The notes beneath the pieces were generated by a model. It did no database searches, was not told where the DNA came from, and was given only the letters and a program-made list of their open reading frames with translations. From the NCBI GenBank assembly GCA_963674965.2, contig CAXXFL010000007.1:448001-512000 (forward strand): a stretch of DNA of 64,000 nucleotides, given 5' to 3'. A program made the translations under genes and the position numbers. This DNA comes from a bacterium (GTDB taxonomy: Bacteria > RBG-13-61-14 > DATKZS01). Positions 59,801 through 64,000 of this stretch are shown in pieces. Position 1 is the stretch's first letter, and every line of letters begins with the position of its first letter.

Positions 59801-60727
59801 TTAATCCGCGTCGTTCCTCGAGGCGAGACCCTCCAGTATGGCTTTGATCTCGGGGTCGTCGCCAAGGGAGGACTCGAACCTGGCTAGTCCCATCGAGACG
59901 GCGGGTTTCTTTACTCCCATCGCGCGGGCCACGGCCGAGGCCTCGAAGCCGGCCATCTCCACCAGGTAATGATAAGCGGCCAGCCGGGGCGTGAAAGATC
60001 TTCTTCTGCGCAATAAGTCCCGCGTTTGTACGCCGAAAGCGTCGGCCAGCGCCTCGATTTCCTCCATCAGTTTTCCGCCCTCATTGGCGTCGTTCGTCGC
60101 GATGGGATCGCTCGACGTGGAGGCCGGCCCGGATTTTCTCACGCGAGCCAATATCTTTCTCCAATGTTTCTCGTCCGCCCCCGCCAGGTCCTGGGCCATG
60201 GCGTTATAGGCCCTTCTTCTGGCCAGGTTATCGCCGTCAATATGCCGCATGACCTCGCGGTGGCCCAGCCATTCGCGCCTGGGCTCGGCGAAGGAATAGT
60301 CCCTGAAGCTCGACCACTCGTAATGAGCGGGCAAGGCTACAAGTCCTCGCCTCGTGGGCAGAAGGTGGATGAGAAGGGAAAGATCGATCCACCCGTCTTT
60401 GTCTCCCGCGGGGACGGAGACGAACCTGTCGCGGAAAAGGCCTCCGGACCTGCCCCTCGAGGCGTTTACGTCCTTGGTATAGGACGCGTTCAGCCAGCGC
60501 ATGAAACCGCCCAGGTTGGCGCGGGCGGCGGTGATGAACAAATGGTACTCGTCATCAAGCAGGCAAAAGGCCCGGATCGTGACTTGGAACCTTTTCGTGG
60601 CGCGGCCGAGAAGGCCGAGAAAACGACCCCTCTCGGCGTCGTCGAGAAACACGAGGTCGCCGGAGACTCCGCGGGCCCTTATATAATAAGAGGCCCCGGC
60701 GCGGCATTGGCGGGCGCTTCTGACCAT
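59801..60727 (-). CDS. REP-associated tyrosine transposase (Y1/RAYT)-like protein with degenerate active site and C-terminal HTH
   Basis: VFLDDAER, AFCLL..YHL, GRSGGLFRDRF and YEWSSF match the RAYT scaffold. Confidence 0.8.
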   Translation of the reverse strand: MVRSARQCRAGASYYIRARGVSGDLVFLDDAERGRFLGLLGRATKRFQVTIRAFCLLDDEYHLFITAARANLGGFMRWLNASYTKDVNASRGRSGGLFRDRFVSVPAGDKDGWIDLSLLIHLLPTRRGLVALPAHYEWSSFRDYSFAEPRREWLGHREVMRHIDGDNLARRRAYNAMAQDLAGADEKHWRKILARVRKSGPASTSSDPIATNDANEGGKLMEEIEALADAFGVQTRDLLRRRRSFTPRLAAYHYLVEMAGFEASAVARAMGVKKPAVSMGLARFESSLGDDPEIKAILEGLASRNDAD

Positions 60728-60751
60728 GGTCCCATTTTAACCAATGGGGAT

Positions 60752-61261
60752 TCAATCTTCAAAATTTTTCTTACCTCTTTGCTCGCGATTTTCAGGTTTT
60801 TCCCATCGCGAGTTCCTTAAAAGAAGAACGGCCGACGCGGCCAGAGTCAACGATATAAGGGCGGGGTAGCTGGTATAGTTGACAAGATAAAGGGCGAAGT
60901 CGGCCTCGGACAAGGGATACAGAAGCCGCAAGGGCCAGTCGCAAAACAGGTCCATGCCCAGATGAACGGCGACGCAAAGGAAGGACAAGGAAAATAGGTA
61001 TAAATACCTCGACCTGATAATGAGCCATCCCGCGAAAGCAGAAAGCGCGGCCAGGAAAGGGGCGGAGAAAATCGAGTGAGTAAAGACCCGGTGATAGCGC
61101 CGGTATAGCTCGAGGTCCACCGGCCACAGCCAAACGTCGGCCACGTCCAGGATGGCCGAGGCGAAGACGCACGCCGTCATGGCCCCCGCGAGGAACTCGC
61201 GCTTTCTCGAGGCCGAGGCCCCGATGAGCGCGCCGCTCATGGCGTGAGTTATGACGTCCAT
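60752..61261 (-). CDS. YdjM-like inner-membrane metal-dependent hydrolase
   Basis: MDVITHA, HRVFTHS, HLGMD and LLYP motifs. Confidence 0.85.
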   Translation of the reverse strand: MDVITHAMSGALIGASASRKREFLAGAMTACVFASAILDVADVWLWPVDLELYRRYHRVFTHSIFSAPFLAALSAFAGWLIIRSRYLYLFSLSFLCVAVHLGMDLFCDWPLRLLYPLSEADFALYLVNYTSYPALISLTLAASAVLLLRNSRWEKPENREQRGKKNFED

Positions 61262-61464
61262 TTTGCCCCGGCCTTTGAGGAATACATTGTCTCAGTGTAG
61301 CTCGCTGGGTTGCAAGGATGCAAGAAACGGAACTTCCCCCAATTTTATCCGTTTCACTCCTGGTTTAATTATTATCCGCAAAGTTATCCGCCGCTCGAAG
61401 TGAAAATCAACCGTCGCCTACTCGAGCGTCCGGTCGCCGACGCCCCTGAAAAGGACGCGGTCGC

Positions 61465-61690
61465 CTCCCCCCGAAGGGGGGAAATTCGAGTAGCCGTAGG
61501 CCTTGGCCTACGGTAAGGATTTGGTAAAATATTCTTCGGCCCTGAACGGGCCGGACCCGCGGCGACCTGGATTGTCGACGCCCGTCAAGGTACGCCCCCC
61601 GCGGGAGCGGGGAAGAAATTTTCGGCCACGCCTCCCGTAGGCTGGCGCCTGCGGCTACTCATGTCAAAGCCCTTCGGGCTTATCCCTCGA
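61465..61690. repeat. REP/REPIN-like inverted palindrome pair
   Basis: GAGTAGCCGTAGGCCTTGGCCTACGG (61488-61513) and its near reverse complement (61635-61660), with GC hairpins between them. Confidence 0.7.
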
Positions 61691-61991
61691 TTTGTTTGCA
61701 GATCGCCTCGATCGGTGCATCTTAAGTTTTGCAAAATGGGGGAAATCCACCGCAAGAAAGCAATGGTCAGGGCTGGAGCACGAACTGCCTGAGCATCTTG
61801 ATTTTTTCCGGTCCTTGAAAAACGGGCCATACCAGGCTGCGGTTGAACATCTCCTGGGTGGTTATCCTGAGGCCGAGGAAATTATCGACGTCCTCTCGCG
61901 ACATGAACAGGACCACGGCCTCGAGGTCCTCGTCCGCCGAGAGGTCATTCAGGCCGGGCCGGCAATGGACGAAGATAATCATGGCCCCTAA

Positions 61992-62300
61992 CACTTCGGG
62001 GTCGTTCATTCTTTTGAAAAGCGGATCGAAAAGATCAAGGAGAAGGTCGCCGCGACGGGCGCGATGCGTCCGGGATCGTTAACCATGCAGAAGCGAGGAG
62101 CCGCAAAGACTTACCATCAACTCAGCTACACTCACCGGGGCAAAGGGCGGACCGAATATATTCGCCCGGAATTCGCGCGGGAGATCAAAGCGCAGAACGC
62201 GGCCTATCGACGTTTCAAGAAGCTAATTGACGAGTGGGTGGACCTGGAAATCGAGCGTTCGAAAATCAAGATGAAAATTGAAAAGAGCAAAGAAGGTTGA
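61992..62300 (+). pseudogene. IS-associated small ORF (DUF6788-like), N-terminus apparently lost, no transposase downstream
   Basis: MRPGSL...YHQLSYTHRGKGRTEYIR...YRRFKKLIDEWVDL. The frame opens after a stop at 61991 with no start until 62064. Confidence 0.55.
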
Positions 62301-62418
62301 GAGGGTTAGAAGTCGGTACTCTCAAGTACTTAATTTCTGAAAATCAACTGGGTTCTTCGACGATTCATATTGATGGAATATTCATAAACGCCTCTCTAGC
62401 CGTAAATAAAGGCGAGAT

Positions 62419-63445
62419 AAGTATGCTGTCCCCAGATCTCCTAAGAATGACCGGCTCGCTATGCTCGCCCACATGAGCGATGAGTTACCTGTTACTACTG
62501 ACAGAATATGTCAAAAAGAAAAATGTCGCAATCATTCTTCTTTTCAAGAAAGCATCCTAATTTCATTTCACGACCTTCTATATACTTATTATATTGACGT
62601 GAATGAGTTTTTAGAAACGTATAAATTTTTATAGCTTCCTCCGGGTTTTTGCGCGTAAGGGAATGGGCGAGTATCATCAGCTTAATCGTCGAAACTTTGT
62701 CTAACTCAGTGCCACACTCTTTCAGCTTATTTATAGTATGTTGTATTTCAATGTCGTCATTTTTTAGTTGCCTGTAGAAATGTCTAATGGATTTGTTACA
62801 GCTGCAATACGCGCAAAACTCACAAGAATCATCCGCCACGGCGTTGCATGGAACAACAAACGATGTCGCATGAGCGGCTTGATTATATTGCATTATATAT
62901 ATTCCCGTTAATACATCTTGACAGTACTCATAAGAAAATAAACTATCTCCGGAAACTTCACCGCAAAAATGTTCCGTTGGATCTAGATAAATTGTGCCTT
63001 GCTCTTGTGATGGATCGTTTCCTGTTTCAGCCCCATCTTTTTTGCAAGCGTCAAAATATACTTGAATTGTGATTATTGTTATAAGAATAACAGTCCACCT
63101 AAGTACATTATACCTCATCATCTCAGCCCCCTCGGGATATTGCCAGACACATTCACTCGAGATTAATATTCAGTTTCTGGAAAAAACCGCCTGTATCACC
63201 GAACAACCAATCTCCCTTATACCAGTAATTAAAATTTAAGTACACTGTCCCCAGAACCCACCAGACTTTATATATTCCAAGAATAACCGCAAGAGAGCGG
63301 CAACCCCCATTCTTGGTACCACGCGACCTACTCGCTATGCTCGCCCACAAGCGGAGCTATGGGTTACGCCGGAGGGCACGCCCCTGAGGGCAATGTGAGT
63401 TACCTGTTGATTTTCAAAATTTAAATACACTGTCCCCAGAACTCC
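62419..63445. repeat. Composite direct repeats bracketing an AT-rich gene
   Basis: AAGTAYRCTGTCCCCAGA-like at 62419, 63238 and 63423. CTCGCTATGCTCGCCCACA at 62455 and 63331. TGAGTTACCTGTT at 62481 and 63396. Confidence 0.8.
62495..63121 (-). CDS. Hypothetical AT-rich, Cys-rich exported/lipoprotein
   Basis: SD GAGGGGG, hydrophobic N-terminus then DAC-KK. GC is far below the window average. Confidence 0.65.
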   Translation of the reverse strand: MMRYNVLRWTVILITIITIQVYFDACKKDGAETGNDPSQEQGTIYLDPTEHFCGEVSGDSLFSYEYCQDVLTGIYIMQYNQAAHATSFVVPCNAVADDSCEFCAYCSCNKSIRHFYRQLKNDDIEIQHTINKLKECGTELDKVSTIKLMILAHSLTRKNPEEAIKIYTFLKTHSRQYNKYIEGREMKLGCFLEKKNDCDIFLFDIFCQ

Positions 63446-63744
63446 GTGTCCCCGGAACCCGGGGTCGCCCACGCATATTGCGTGGGTGAGCGAAGCGAAC
63501 GGGCTGCTGTCTTCGGGGCCGAGGGCGCTTGGAGGCGTTTTACGGCGCGGGGTGGCCCATCTATGAGCAAGCTTGTCAAGTCGGGTACGGGATTTATCAC
63601 GGGTTAACTCAACCATCTATTCGGCGTCGCCCATTGACGCGCCATACTTTTTTTTCGAAACCCGGCCTCAGTCATGCGGACGGCGTCGCAATGCGCCAGG
63701 GCCACCCACGAGGTCCGGTACTTTTTCCCGCGTCCCGAAACTAA

Positions 63745-64000
63745 CTAGTTCCAGTTGCGTAACTAGAAAAAGCCAATAAAAACAATGTGCTGTAAGCATT
63801 TTTCGCTTCCCTTTTTGGTCTTGATATGATACAATAACTCCTTGAAAAATCAAGGATTGACTTGCCGGGATGCTGTGAAGGGGGCGAAAAATGCGACCGA
63901 AAATTAAAATGCAAATGACCATTGAAGACCACGAATTTTTGAAAGCGGGCCATCTTTTCAAACAAGACACTGAGCTTGAGAAGATGAGCATAGCGCTCGA
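63745..64000 (+). mobile_element. Left end of an insertion sequence; transposase start at 63891 runs off the window (ISNCY-like)
   Basis: ATG 63891 after GAAGGGGG gives MRPKIKMQMTIEDHEFLKAGHLFKQDTELEKMSIAL, resembling ISNCY-type N-termini. A CCAGTTGCGTAA end-like sequence lies at 63751. Confidence 0.5.

Noticed and set aside
62419-63445. Canonical integron
   Set aside because: There is no intI in the window and I could not pair complete R''/R' boxes. It is kept only as an attC-reminiscent repeat.
1-64000. tRNA/rRNA genes and known riboswitches
   Set aside because: None were recognised by eye; tRNAscan-SE and Rfam would be needed to exclude them formally.

Overview
This is a GC-rich bacterial chromosome segment whose gene content resembles deltaproteobacteria (Myxococcota/Desulfobacterota-like; this assignment is an inference). 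From left to right it holds the 3' part of a type IV pilin gene, a solitary TaqI/Eco57I-like m6A methyltransferase and a 13 kb gene for a ~4360-aa secreted acidic protein. That protein carries DxDxDG repeats, a C-type lectin, FN3/Ig domains, a clan CD His-Cys peptidase and a dockerin-like tail. Next come citrate synthase, a GT-C glycosyltransferase, an amidohydrolase, aroQ, an MglC-like roadblock protein, a TPR protein and HTH-pilMNOPQ. The middle contains an M50 peptidase, a CDF transporter, an MBOAT/SGNH pair, a GH29 fucosidase, a pterin-binding methyltransferase, two-component genes, two sigma54 promoters, a divergently split Na+-pumping acyl-CoA decarboxylase and a CoA-disulfide reductase. 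The right end is mobile and accessory: a RAYT-like gene lacking its catalytic residues, REP-like palindromes, a repeat-bounded AT-rich cassette and IS pieces. The most notable observations are the chimeric giant lectin-protease, strong CTCGAG iteration near an orphan MTase, a 12-Cys insertion in PilN, the apparently inactive RAYT with its REP/MITE/cassette repeats, and a long structured leader at about 35.9-36.2 kb. No rRNA, tRNA or CRISPR array was recognised. All calls are by eye from motifs, and counts are manual.
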